Shown here: positions 18,970 through 27,268 of the stretch, in pieces
How the letters are laid out: every line of letters starts with the position of its first letter
Position numbering within the stretch: the first letter of the stretch is position 1
Source: Candidatus Nealsonbacteria bacterium
Lineage (GTDB): Bacteria > Patescibacteriota > Minisyncoccia > Minisyncoccales > MHMH01
NCBI GenBank assembly: GCA_016188865.1
Contig: JACPGX010000002.1
Span: 66,398-130,397, forward strand
Length of the DNA: 64,000 nucleotides
Reading direction: 5' to 3'
Notes under the pieces: generated by a model
The model's database searches: none
Seen by the model: the letters and a program-made list of their open reading frames with translations, nothing else
Told to the model about the DNA's origin: nothing
Program-made: the position numbers and the translations under genes

Positions 18970-19809
18970 CTAATTCCTTTCCTCGTACCAGGAATAATGG
19001 CGTTTAATCCACCAAGAAAGCAAGGCATCCAAGGAAAAAGAAAGGAAAGCTATCCAGAATACATAAGGAATAATCGTATCCATGGCCATGTATCTTCGAA
19101 CCACGAAAATCCGATAACCGAGGCCGGCATCTGCAGCAATTGCTTCGCCGGCAATTAGAAAAAGCCATGCGCCGAGTAAATTCAGTCTTACGGAATTCAG
19201 CGCCGCAGGCATAATCTGTGGAAAAACAATATGCCAAACTACCGCAGGCGTGCTGGCTCCGAGAGTTAAAGCCTTGACAAGCTGCTCTCTGGGTAAATCC
19301 TTCTTGACTCTCAAATAAGTGTCCAAAGTTATGGGCAGGGAAATACCGACGATAATCAGCAAAATTTTTGTTGATTCTCCAAGCCCTGAAAAAATAAAAA
19401 TAACCGGCAGTAAAGCTAATGGCGGAATTTTGGAAAGATAGAGTAAAAAACGATGAAAAACCGCTTCTACTATCGGGAATAGGCCTAAAGCTACTCCTAA
19501 GGCAATCGCCATGGTAGCTCCTGCAATAACTCCCAGAAAGAACCGCTTCAAACTCGCAATAGTATCAACCATAAGAGTTATCTCGCCGTTTCTGTCTGGA
19601 GTTGCCATTTTTTGCACTCCTTGAGTAAGCTGGCTGATAGTTGGCATGATTTTGTCGTTCGGATTCTCTTGGTGCCTTTCATGCGATGCCAAAAGATAAA
19701 CTCCAATAAGCGCGACAAAAAGAACCAAGCTGGCAATCAAACACGCTCGCGCTGAAATCTTGGTATAAACCGAGAGCCCAAAAAGCCTTTTTAGCGAATC
19801 CATGCGCAC
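18970..19809 (-). CDS. ABC transporter permease (NitT/TauT type)
   Basis: 279 aa polytopic membrane protein upstream of the ATPase, with its own promoter-like TTGACA-17-TATATT. Confidence 0.85.
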   Translation of the reverse strand: MRMDSLKRLFGLSVYTKISARACLIASLVLFVALIGVYLLASHERHQENPNDKIMPTISQLTQGVQKMATPDRNGEITLMVDTIASLKRFFLGVIAGATMAIALGVALGLFPIVEAVFHRFLLYLSKIPPLALLPVIFIFSGLGESTKILLIIVGISLPITLDTYLRVKKDLPREQLVKALTLGASTPAVVWHIVFPQIMPAALNSVRLNLLGAWLFLIAGEAIAADAGLGYRIFVVRRYMAMDTIIPYVFWIAFLSFSLDALLSWWIKRHYSWYEERN

Positions 19810-19906
19810 CTCTCTTTTTTAAAGTACCTGACAATATATCATAAACTGTCTTTTATGTCAAACAAAAAACTGCGGCCATCGGTCGCAGTCTTTGACTCAG
19901 AATTAA

Positions 19907-20965
19907 TTACTTCATATATTTATCGGTAAAACGAAGTTTGACATTGTTCTGATCTCCCAAAACTGTCCCATCCGGGAAAGTGACGCCTACGGAATCAACC
20001 GAGACGTGCCCCTGGCCGAAAAGGCCGTGATCAAAACTGAACTTCCTGACAAGGTCCATAACTTCAACCAGTTTTTTGCCTCGCGTAAGGGCGGCTGCAT
20101 CAGTTGGTTTCCAGAACATGTAAGTTGTTTCCAGCTGTTTATTGTAGGAAGCCAAAGTGGTCCCTGATTTTTCCGCCATGGCATTCAAGGCCGTAGTCCC
20201 TTCGGGAGTCCTGGCCTGCATCAAACCAAGGGTTTCATACCAAGCTCCGGCTAAAGCCCTAGCAAGCTCGGGGTGTTTGTTCAAGACCTCGGTGCGGACG
20301 AACATAATATCCAGGATTTCATACGGAATCAGCGAGGAGTTAAAAATATTCTTAACCCCGGGCACTTGCGACTCTACTTCAAGCACAATAGGATTCCAGG
20401 TTACGACCACCTCTTGCTTCTTATTAGTGATAAAAGCCGGGCCAATGTCGGCATCGGAAGTATTCATCAGGCGGACGTCATTTTCTGTAATGCCGCCGGT
20501 AATATCAAACGCTCTGCCCAATAAATACTGGGAGACCGAACCTTCGACTATATAAACCTCTTTGCCTCTTAGCTCTCTTAGGCCCAGATTGTTGCGCGTC
20601 AGAACCGCATCATTGCCGTTGGAATAATCGCCAACAATAATGCCGGTAGTATCAACACCGGCTGCGGCCGCCATATTCAAAGCTTCCATATTGGTCATAA
20701 CCACGGCGTCAACTTTGCCGGCTACATAGGCCTCAATAGACGGAACATAGTCAAACTGAACCAGATTAATCTTGATGTTTTCTTTATCAGCCCACTTTTG
20801 CAGAATGCCCGACTCATCGGCATAAGGCCAAGGCATCCAGCCCACGTAAATGGACCAGGCAACCGTGAACTCCTGTTTGGGCGCTGTCGCCACTCTTCCT
20901 GCACACCCCGTTAAAACCAGAACAGCGGCTAAAAACACCGCTACCGCCGACCATACTCTTTTCAT
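19907..20965 (-). CDS. ABC transporter substrate-binding lipoprotein (NMT1/TauA-like)
   Basis: 352 aa. Signal peptide plus lipobox LTGCAG. Periplasmic-binding-protein-like composition. Its own terminator lies before the permease promoter. Confidence 0.75.
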   Translation of the reverse strand: MKRVWSAVAVFLAAVLVLTGCAGRVATAPKQEFTVAWSIYVGWMPWPYADESGILQKWADKENIKINLVQFDYVPSIEAYVAGKVDAVVMTNMEALNMAAAAGVDTTGIIVGDYSNGNDAVLTRNNLGLRELRGKEVYIVEGSVSQYLLGRAFDITGGITENDVRLMNTSDADIGPAFITNKKQEVVVTWNPIVLEVESQVPGVKNIFNSSLIPYEILDIMFVRTEVLNKHPELARALAGAWYETLGLMQARTPEGTTALNAMAEKSGTTLASYNKQLETTYMFWKPTDAAALTRGKKLVEVMDLVRKFSFDHGLFGQGHVSVDSVGVTFPDGTVLGDQNNVKLRFTDKYMK

Positions 20966-20998
20966 TTCTTTCTTCCTCCCCTTTCCTTTATTTATTTT

Positions 20999-21331
20999 TT
21001 ACCTCGCAAGCCAATAAGACAGCATTTGGTCTCTGTCTCGAAAATAAATCGTAATTGTATCATAATTATTATTAAAAGTCCTAGACAGAACCAGTTTTGG
21101 TTTATCTAGACCGGCATCAAACTTAACTTGCACATTTTTAACAAGCGGGAGCAATGTCTCTCCATTTTCAAGCAATATAGCATAACGGTACCCCTGGAAA
21201 CCCGAATTAATTATTACCAGATCGCTTCTTTCATATAATACAGGCTCAGCTGCGCAAGCAGAAAAAATGGTAAGAATAACAATTGCCAAAAAAATCGCGG
21301 CGAACCATAGCGGCTGTTTTTTCCTTAACAT
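20999..21331 (-). CDS. small lipoprotein, unknown function
   Basis: 110 aa with a signal peptide and a Cys (IFSACAAEP). GGAGG SD. Confidence 0.5.
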   Translation of the reverse strand: MLRKKQPLWFAAIFLAIVILTIFSACAAEPVLYERSDLVIINSGFQGYRYAILLENGETLLPLVKNVQVKFDAGLDKPKLVLSRTFNNNYDTITIYFRDRDQMLSYWLAR

Positions 21332-21349
21332 TTTCTACCTCCTTTTTTG

Positions 21350-21658
21350 CTACCTCCTGTCTTCGTAATAAGCCATCCCGATATAATCAGACGTTACACA
21401 AGAAAATGAAATTAATCGCTTTCCCGGATGTTCATCAACCCATTTTTGCATCACGACAACAAAATCAGAGTAATATGCGCCAGTTACTACAAGGAAATTC
21501 CTTTTGTTATCGTATAGCATTGGTGGTTGTTCGGAAACAGCTAACTGCTCAACCTTTTTTTCTGACTCCTTAATATCTCGTTCTGGGTTCGTACAGGCTG
21601 CGGCAAAAATACCGATAGCTGTGGCCAAAGCCGTCAAAATAAAAACAGCTTTTTTCAC
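21350..21658 (-). CDS. small lipoprotein, unknown function
   Basis: The GTG at 21658 follows AAGGAGG by 7 nt and gives VKKAVFILTALATAIGIFAAACTN (signal peptide plus lipobox-like AAC). The ORF-track extension to 21802 runs through the promoter region. Confidence 0.5.
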   Translation of the reverse strand: MKKAVFILTALATAIGIFAAACTNPERDIKESEKKVEQLAVSEQPPMLYDNKRNFLVVTGAYYSDFVVVMQKWVDEHPGKRLISFSCVTSDYIGMAYYEDRR

Positions 21659-21774
21659 TCTATTTACCTCCTTGTCAAAGAACTTTAACGAATAACCCAT
21701 ATTACCACGCCCCAAATTTTTGTCAAGGCCGCAAAAAAGAACATTATGATCTATTGGTACGGGCTGGCGGAGGC

Positions 21775-21803
21775 TTGACGAAAAATTTTTATTTTCATAC
21801 AAT
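21775..21803 (+). promoter_or_regulatory. sigma70-like promoter of paralog A
   Basis: TTGACG, a 17-nt spacer (AAAAATTTTTATTTTCA), then TACAAT. The segment is almost identical to 25995-26023. Confidence 0.6.
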
Positions 21804-21836
21804 TGTCTATTCGCAATCGGGGGGAGGAGAACCGTT

Positions 21837-22979
21837 ATGGATGATAAAGTAGACGCAGCAGAAATGGTAAAATCTCATCTCCAGAAATGGGTGGCGGTTG
21901 CAGAAACAACAAACCAAGGCGGCAATAAACAAAAAATAGAAGAACTTTTACAAAGAAGGTTGAAATATTTAGGCTTGCATTCGCGTAAAATGATCTGGTG
22001 CGAGTCTCCTGAAGATATGCAAAAAAAATTAGCGAATAATCCGCTAACCGATACGATCACTGACTGTAGAAAAATAAACTCTTATAGGCTTATTTTGCAT
22101 AGGGAAGTTAGCGACCGATGCAAAGAATTCTCGCACGAAGAAACTGTCTCATTGGTAAATCTTTTAGGACACGTAAGTGATTCTAGGCTCAGTTCGATGA
22201 ACAGTGAAGATGAGTTGACCCATGTGTTTACAAAAAATATCGAGATATCTCATGATAAATTGTTTCGTTATTGGAATTGGACGCTGGAAGAATTTGAAAA
22301 TTTCTTTGGGATTATTCTTGATTGGAGCCTCATAGCTTATGAGGATTCGTTGTGGCACGGCCTTCCGGAAGAAACTAAAAATGAATTTAAAAATTACTTT
22401 GCCTACCTTGGCGAGGCTTGCGAAGCAGGACTTACCATTTGGATTCCGACGCGAAAAAGAGAATATCTTTTTTGCGATGCAAGGCCCTTCTTTAATGGTA
22501 ATGATGCTAAAAAAAATCTACCGAGATTGACGATTGATTGGTCAGAAATTTCGGACCAGATAGCTTCCCAAAAAGAGTGGAGCGAGCCAATAAGCATCAT
22601 TCTGGAAAAACTAGGATACTTCAAAACAAGGCTTGATGCAGAAAATATCTCTCAAGATATCATTGATAAGGTGGCTGTTATTATCGGGGAGATAAATAAG
22701 CTCCTGCCATTGCTGAAAAAAGAATATCCCAATACCTCTTTAATCTTTGAGGCAAGGAGAATCGCCAGTAATTATCTGATTGAACTCTTGGAATCTTATC
22801 TAAGGCTTCCCGATGAATTTCGTCAACGAGAGCAAGAAGCTCTGCTTGAAGTACTGCAGCTGCTCCACCGAGAGCTTTTAGATGCTGACAAGAATATCGA
22901 GGGCGTAACAGTTCGCGAATTCAAAGTCATGACTGAATTCTTAAAAAATATCTACTCTCCGGAAAATCTAGAGATGTAA
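21837..22979 (+). CDS. hypothetical protein, mosaic paralog A (380 aa)
   Basis: GGAGGAG SD. Paralog of 26055-27194: the first about 65 aa and the last about 220 aa are conserved, while the central segment of about 95 aa has diverged. I recognise no domain. Confidence 0.7.
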   Translation: MDDKVDAAEMVKSHLQKWVAVAETTNQGGNKQKIEELLQRRLKYLGLHSRKMIWCESPEDMQKKLANNPLTDTITDCRKINSYRLILHREVSDRCKEFSHEETVSLVNLLGHVSDSRLSSMNSEDELTHVFTKNIEISHDKLFRYWNWTLEEFENFFGIILDWSLIAYEDSLWHGLPEETKNEFKNYFAYLGEACEAGLTIWIPTRKREYLFCDARPFFNGNDAKKNLPRLTIDWSEISDQIASQKEWSEPISIILEKLGYFKTRLDAENISQDIIDKVAVIIGEINKLLPLLKKEYPNTSLIFEARRIASNYLIELLESYLRLPDEFRQREQEALLEVLQLLHRELLDADKNIEGVTVREFKVMTEFLKNIYSPENLEM

Positions 22980-22989
22980 CAAAAAAACA

Positions 22990-23020
22990 AAATCCCCGGG
23001 TTTACCCGAGGATTTTTTTG
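22990..23020. terminator. bidirectional terminator between paralog A and the radical-SAM-like gene
   Basis: AAATCCCCGGG-TTTA-CCCGAGGATTT with an A-run before and a T-run after. Confidence 0.6.
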
Positions 23021-23977
23021 TCAGTTCAAAAAAGAAAAATCTTGAGTACTGTTGAATTCTTCCAGTTTTTTTACTAGCTCTTCGTCGCCCTGCCTTATAA
23101 AAGAGCCTCCGGGCGAGGCCAATCCTTCGTCAAAAAGACTGACGTAAATGGAAATCCCCTTGCCTTGGGCGTGCTTGACGGCTTGAATCACGTCGGCTAG
23201 CTTCGGCGGCTGATATTCTCCGCGCAAAAAAGCTTCCTCAAGAAATGTTCCTCTGGCGACAAAAGTGGGATTCAGGTGCATATTGACCGGAAGATTGAAT
23301 CTGGATGCAATAGCGCTCAAATAATCAATTCCTTTTTTGATATCTTGGATTGCTTCTTCGTCGGAAATCCCCGCTACCGGTTTTTGCATAAAATAGCATT
23401 TCAAACGATAATGGTATTTTGCCACCTTCTCAACAAAATCTTCAAATACTTTCAGGGTAAGCCCTTTATTAAAAACTTCGTTTCTAATACGATCGTTAAA
23501 AGCTTCAAAACCAACGGCTATTTCCAGGTCAGTCGGCGTTTTGCCCTCTTTCAAGGCACGGGAAAGAAATTCCAATTCAGCCACATCTACGAACTCCGGT
23601 CTCGTTTCAAGACTAAATACGGCTAAATTAGGCAAGAGCATATTCGTTTTAGCCAGAAAATACATCAGAGCAGTTGAGGAAAAAGTCTTTTCATCTAAAA
23701 CAGAACCGTTATTGCTAAGAATGACTTTTTTAATTTCTTCGCGCTGACGCAAAATTTCTGAATCGGCATAAAGATTGTCAATCTGTTTCATGAGCGACTC
23801 AAAGCCGATATGGCGGCTAGAACACAACGAAGGCAGGTTGCAGCTTACGCATTTTTGCCACCGGCACGCTAATGTGTAAAGAACTACAAAAAGAGTTAAT
23901 CCTTCTTGAGAATTTTCAAACCAAATCTGCGCTGGCTTTGTTTCATCATGATTGTTGTTATAACCATGCGTCTTCAT
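23021..23977 (-). CDS. radical-SAM-like TIM-barrel protein with CX4CX2C motif (resembles TIGR01210/RaSEA-type Elp3-like proteins)
   Basis: 318 aa. Cys triad ACRWQKCVSCN at aa 38-46 (23840-23866). Later segments LETRPEFVD and AVGFEAFNDRIRNEVFNKGLT resemble radical SAM core strands as I remember them. Has its own promoter-like TGGACA-17-TAAAAT. Confidence 0.45.
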   Translation of the reverse strand: MKTHGYNNNHDETKPAQIWFENSQEGLTLFVVLYTLACRWQKCVSCNLPSLCSSRHIGFESLMKQIDNLYADSEILRQREEIKKVILSNNGSVLDEKTFSSTALMYFLAKTNMLLPNLAVFSLETRPEFVDVAELEFLSRALKEGKTPTDLEIAVGFEAFNDRIRNEVFNKGLTLKVFEDFVEKVAKYHYRLKCYFMQKPVAGISDEEAIQDIKKGIDYLSAIASRFNLPVNMHLNPTFVARGTFLEEAFLRGEYQPPKLADVIQAVKHAQGKGISIYVSLFDEGLASPGGSFIRQGDEELVKKLEEFNSTQDFSFLN

Positions 23978-24087
23978 AGCTTACACTCCATCGCATTAAC
24001 TTTTAACTTGTATATTTTATCATGTTTATTTCTCTTTGTCCAGTGGCTCATAATAAAAGAACCCTGTTTTTAACAGAGTTCTTTTAA

Positions 24088-25890
24088 TTATTTTATTGCC
24101 AGCTGGAATTTCAGCTCGTCAATCTGACTTTGGATTTCCGACTCCGGCATATCCTGATACTGCGAAGGCAGAAGCTCGCGCCAATTGTCGCAATACTTTG
24201 CCGCCAGCAGAAGCTGGAATTTTCTCTCAAGACCTATGCGGCTTGCCGATGGCCTCCACATGTTAATGAATTTTTCGGCATCAAACTCCTGCTTAAGTTC
24301 TTCTTCCTGGTATCTTTTGCCGTAAATAAAGTCGTCGATGAACTTTTTGTAATCACCAGCGGAAAACTCAAGATCTTTTTTAACAGCTTTTTCTTTCAGA
24401 AGTTTTCTTTCTTTTTCCGAAAGCGTTATGCCCTCTTTAGCGAAATTAACCATCATCCAGTTAAAGAAATCTTCAGCATCATCCCCCTCCGGATCGCATA
24501 TCGGCACGAACAGAGAGCAGCGTCCGCTGCGGACAAAGTCTGGATCCAAAAGATCTGGACGAGCGGTAATGAAAACCCAGAAAATCTTCCCGCGATATTT
24601 GGTGTTACTTATCATCTGGACTATATGGCGAGTAAAGCTGGCTTCTGCCTGATAGGTTTCGGGATCGTGTATGGATCCGAAAGCGGTTTCCGCTTGGTCG
24701 ACAATCACGCAAACTCTGCCGTAAGCTGAAGCGGCCGCTTCAAACTTTTCGAGAAAAACTTCCGTTTCTCCGAACCACTTACTTCTCATGCCGCCGGCAA
24801 TCTCGATTACCGTTCTTCCCATTCCCTTAGCCCAACCGTTGAGAGTATAAGTTTTACCGGCTCCGTTTGGACCCACTACGGTCATTCCAGCCGGAGCGCG
24901 TTTTGGGTCGTCAATCCACCGCGCCAGATAATTGAGGCGAGCTTTAAGCTTCTTAAAGCCGACTACGCCTCCAAAATCATGTTCTGGCCGAAGAAGCTTG
25001 ACAATGCCTCTTAGTTCAAGCTCAATGCGTTTATCCACTTCACTGATAATGGTTTGACGATTAAGAGCCGATTCTTGGGGATCCCGAATCGCGGCAGTAA
25101 TTAAATCGTCGAGAGTGGTTAACGTTAAGCCTCGCGCATCTTTGGCGAGAAACATTACCGCATTCAGTGCCGGCTGATTTTCAAACCGTTTTAAAACTAA
25201 TTTTTCGAGACTTGCCTCATCGGGAAGCGGCACGTCAACAACCTCAACTTTGCGCAAATTTAAAATCTTACTCTGGAGTTCAGCGATGGTCGGAGTCAAT
25301 AAAATTATCAAATCCGGACGCTGATTAGCGCTGTCTGCATCCGCCCAGATTTTTTCCTCGCGCAGCAAATCGTAGAAATACCGCCAGGCGTCGCGATCCT
25401 GCGACCCCAAGCGGCTGGCATCAAGATTCGGGAAAATCATATCCGCCTGGTCAACAACAAAGCACAGTGGCCTGATATACCGCCTTGGCTCTTCCTTCGA
25501 TTGAGCTAAAGTTTCTCGAGCCTTAGCGGCTCTGCGCAAAAATTCTGACATCGCCCGGATTATGTCCAAAGGCGATTCGGCTTTTTCCAATTCCTCACTG
25601 CCCATTCCCTTAAGCTCATCTTTGTCTTCCGATAAAACAAAATTGATTCCGTCGCTTTTTATAGTGATGATGATGAATTTTTCTTCGGCATTTGAGCATG
25701 GGTACCGAGCGCTCGAAAGGCAACACTGCAGTAATTCTTCAAGCGCTACAAAATCGGTCTTTTCTCCCTGGGTAACGGGAAAAACATCGTGAATATTCCC
25801 AGACACGACAACGCACCTCGCAAGACGGGCGTAATGGAATTTCGATAATTTTTCAATGAACTGTGGCCTTGCCAATTTTTCTTCTGTCAA
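24088..25890 (-). CDS. classical-clade AAA+ ATPase with an uncharacterised N-terminal region of about 330 aa
   Basis: 600 aa. TTG start 6 nt after GGAGG. Walker A GPNGAGKT, Walker B VCVIVDQAE, and an arginine-finger region ARPDLLDPDFVRSGRCS. A terminator hairpin follows at about 24050-24085. Confidence 0.8.
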   Translation of the reverse strand: MTEEKLARPQFIEKLSKFHYARLARCVVVSGNIHDVFPVTQGEKTDFVALEELLQCCLSSARYPCSNAEEKFIIITIKSDGINFVLSEDKDELKGMGSEELEKAESPLDIIRAMSEFLRRAAKARETLAQSKEEPRRYIRPLCFVVDQADMIFPNLDASRLGSQDRDAWRYFYDLLREEKIWADADSANQRPDLIILLTPTIAELQSKILNLRKVEVVDVPLPDEASLEKLVLKRFENQPALNAVMFLAKDARGLTLTTLDDLITAAIRDPQESALNRQTIISEVDKRIELELRGIVKLLRPEHDFGGVVGFKKLKARLNYLARWIDDPKRAPAGMTVVGPNGAGKTYTLNGWAKGMGRTVIEIAGGMRSKWFGETEVFLEKFEAAASAYGRVCVIVDQAETAFGSIHDPETYQAEASFTRHIVQMISNTKYRGKIFWVFITARPDLLDPDFVRSGRCSLFVPICDPEGDDAEDFFNWMMVNFAKEGITLSEKERKLLKEKAVKKDLEFSAGDYKKFIDDFIYGKRYQEEELKQEFDAEKFINMWRPSASRIGLERKFQLLLAAKYCDNWRELLPSQYQDMPESEIQSQIDELKFQLAIK

Positions 25891-25994
25891 ATTAAACCTC
25901 CTTCAGCTTCTCTGACAAATAACAAGCTATTATAACAATCTTTCAGAAAATGTAAAGTCCGGCTATTGGTATCGCAGGGCATTATCCAAAAAGC

Positions 25995-26023
25995 TTGACG
26001 AAAAATTTTTATTTTCATATAAT
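25995..26023 (+). promoter_or_regulatory. sigma70-like promoter of paralog B
   Basis: TTGACG, the same 17-nt spacer AAAAATTTTTATTTTCA, then TATAAT. It is divergent from the AAA+ gene promoter (TTTACA-16-TATAAT on the minus strand). Confidence 0.65.
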
Positions 26024-26054
26024 TATCCATCCACAATTAGGAGGTGAAACCGTT

Positions 26055-27194
26055 ATGGATACTAAGACAGAGGCAGTAGAAAAGGTGAAATCTCATCTCC
26101 AGAAGTGGGTGGCAGTTGCAGAGGCGGCAAACTGGGGCGACAATAAGCAAAAAATAGAAGAACTTTTACAAAAAAGGCTGAAATATTTAGGCTTGCATCC
26201 GCGTAAAATGATCTGGTGCGAGTCTCGTGAAGATATGCAAAAAAGAATAGGGGAAGAATCACCCCTCAATCTACATCTTAACTGGCAAGCAATAAGTTCT
26301 TATAGGAATAACTTGCAGGAAAAATTTCGAAACCAATACGGGAATTTCTCACAAGAAGAAACATTTTTATTAACAAATCTCTTGGAGAGAATAGATATTC
26401 GTAAGCTCGACACAATGGTGGCCAGCTATGCCTTGACCAATGCGTTTATACGAAAAACCCAAGCATCGCATAATGAATATCTTTTGGAAACAGAGCAATA
26501 TGAAAATTTTTTTAATTTTGTTCTTGATTGGAGCTCCATAGCTTATGAGGATTCATTGTGGCACGGCCTTCCAGAAGAAACAAAAACTGAATTTAAAAAT
26601 TACTTTGCCTACCTTGGCGAAGCTTGCGAGGCGGGACTTACCGTGTGGATTCCAACGAGAAAAAAAGAATATCTTTTTTACGATCCAAGGCCTTTCTATA
26701 ATCCTTTCAATGTTAATGATGCTAAAAAAAATCTGCCCAGACTGATGATTAATTGGCCGGAAATTCACGGCCAAACAATAACTTCTGGAAAAAAGATGGA
26801 GCCAATAAGCATTATTCTAGAAAAACTAGAATACTTCAAAACAAGACTTGATGCGGAAAATATCTCCCAAGATATCATTAATAAGGTGGCTGTTATTATC
26901 GGGGAGATAAATAAGCTCCTGCCATTGCTGGAAAAAGGATATCCCAATGCCTCTTTAACCTTTGAAGCAAGGAGAATCGCCAGCAATTATCTGATTGAAC
27001 TCTTGGAATCTTATCTAAGGCTTCCCGATGAATTTCGTCAACGAGAGCAAGAAGCTCTGCTTGAAGTACTGCAGCTGCTCCACCAAGAGCTCCTGGATGC
27101 TGACAAGAATATCGAGGGCGTAACAGTTCGCGAATTCAAAGTCATGACTGAATTCTTAAAAAAGATCTACTCTCCGGAAACTCTAGGGGTGTAA
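26055..27194 (+). CDS. hypothetical protein, mosaic paralog B (379 aa)
   Basis: The ATG at 26055 follows AGGAGG. The ORF-track TTG at 25995 is the -35 box itself. It shares a 100-bp perfect nucleotide identity with paralog A (26985-27084 versus 22770-22869). Confidence 0.7.
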   Translation: MDTKTEAVEKVKSHLQKWVAVAEAANWGDNKQKIEELLQKRLKYLGLHPRKMIWCESREDMQKRIGEESPLNLHLNWQAISSYRNNLQEKFRNQYGNFSQEETFLLTNLLERIDIRKLDTMVASYALTNAFIRKTQASHNEYLLETEQYENFFNFVLDWSSIAYEDSLWHGLPEETKTEFKNYFAYLGEACEAGLTVWIPTRKKEYLFYDPRPFYNPFNVNDAKKNLPRLMINWPEIHGQTITSGKKMEPISIILEKLEYFKTRLDAENISQDIINKVAVIIGEINKLLPLLEKGYPNASLTFEARRIASNYLIELLESYLRLPDEFRQREQEALLEVLQLLHQELLDADKNIEGVTVREFKVMTEFLKKIYSPETLGV

Positions 27195-27228
27195 CTAGGA
27201 GGAATCAAAAAGCCCTAAACTAAAACAT

Positions 27229-27265
27229 AAAGCCCCACTGCCAATTTTGGCGTGGGGCTTTTATT
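27229..27265. terminator. bidirectional terminator between paralog B and the TelA-like gene
   Basis: AAAGCCCCAC-(13 nt)-GTGGGGCTTT followed by a T-run. Confidence 0.65.
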
Positions 27266-27268
27266 GTT

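Noticed and set aside
21659-21802. N-terminal extension of the lipoprotein ORF to 21802, and likewise the TTG extension of paralog B at 25995-26054
   Set aside because: The extensions run through predicted promoters; the paralog B TTG is the -35 box itself. Internal starts with strong SDs give proper signal-peptide or conserved N-termini.
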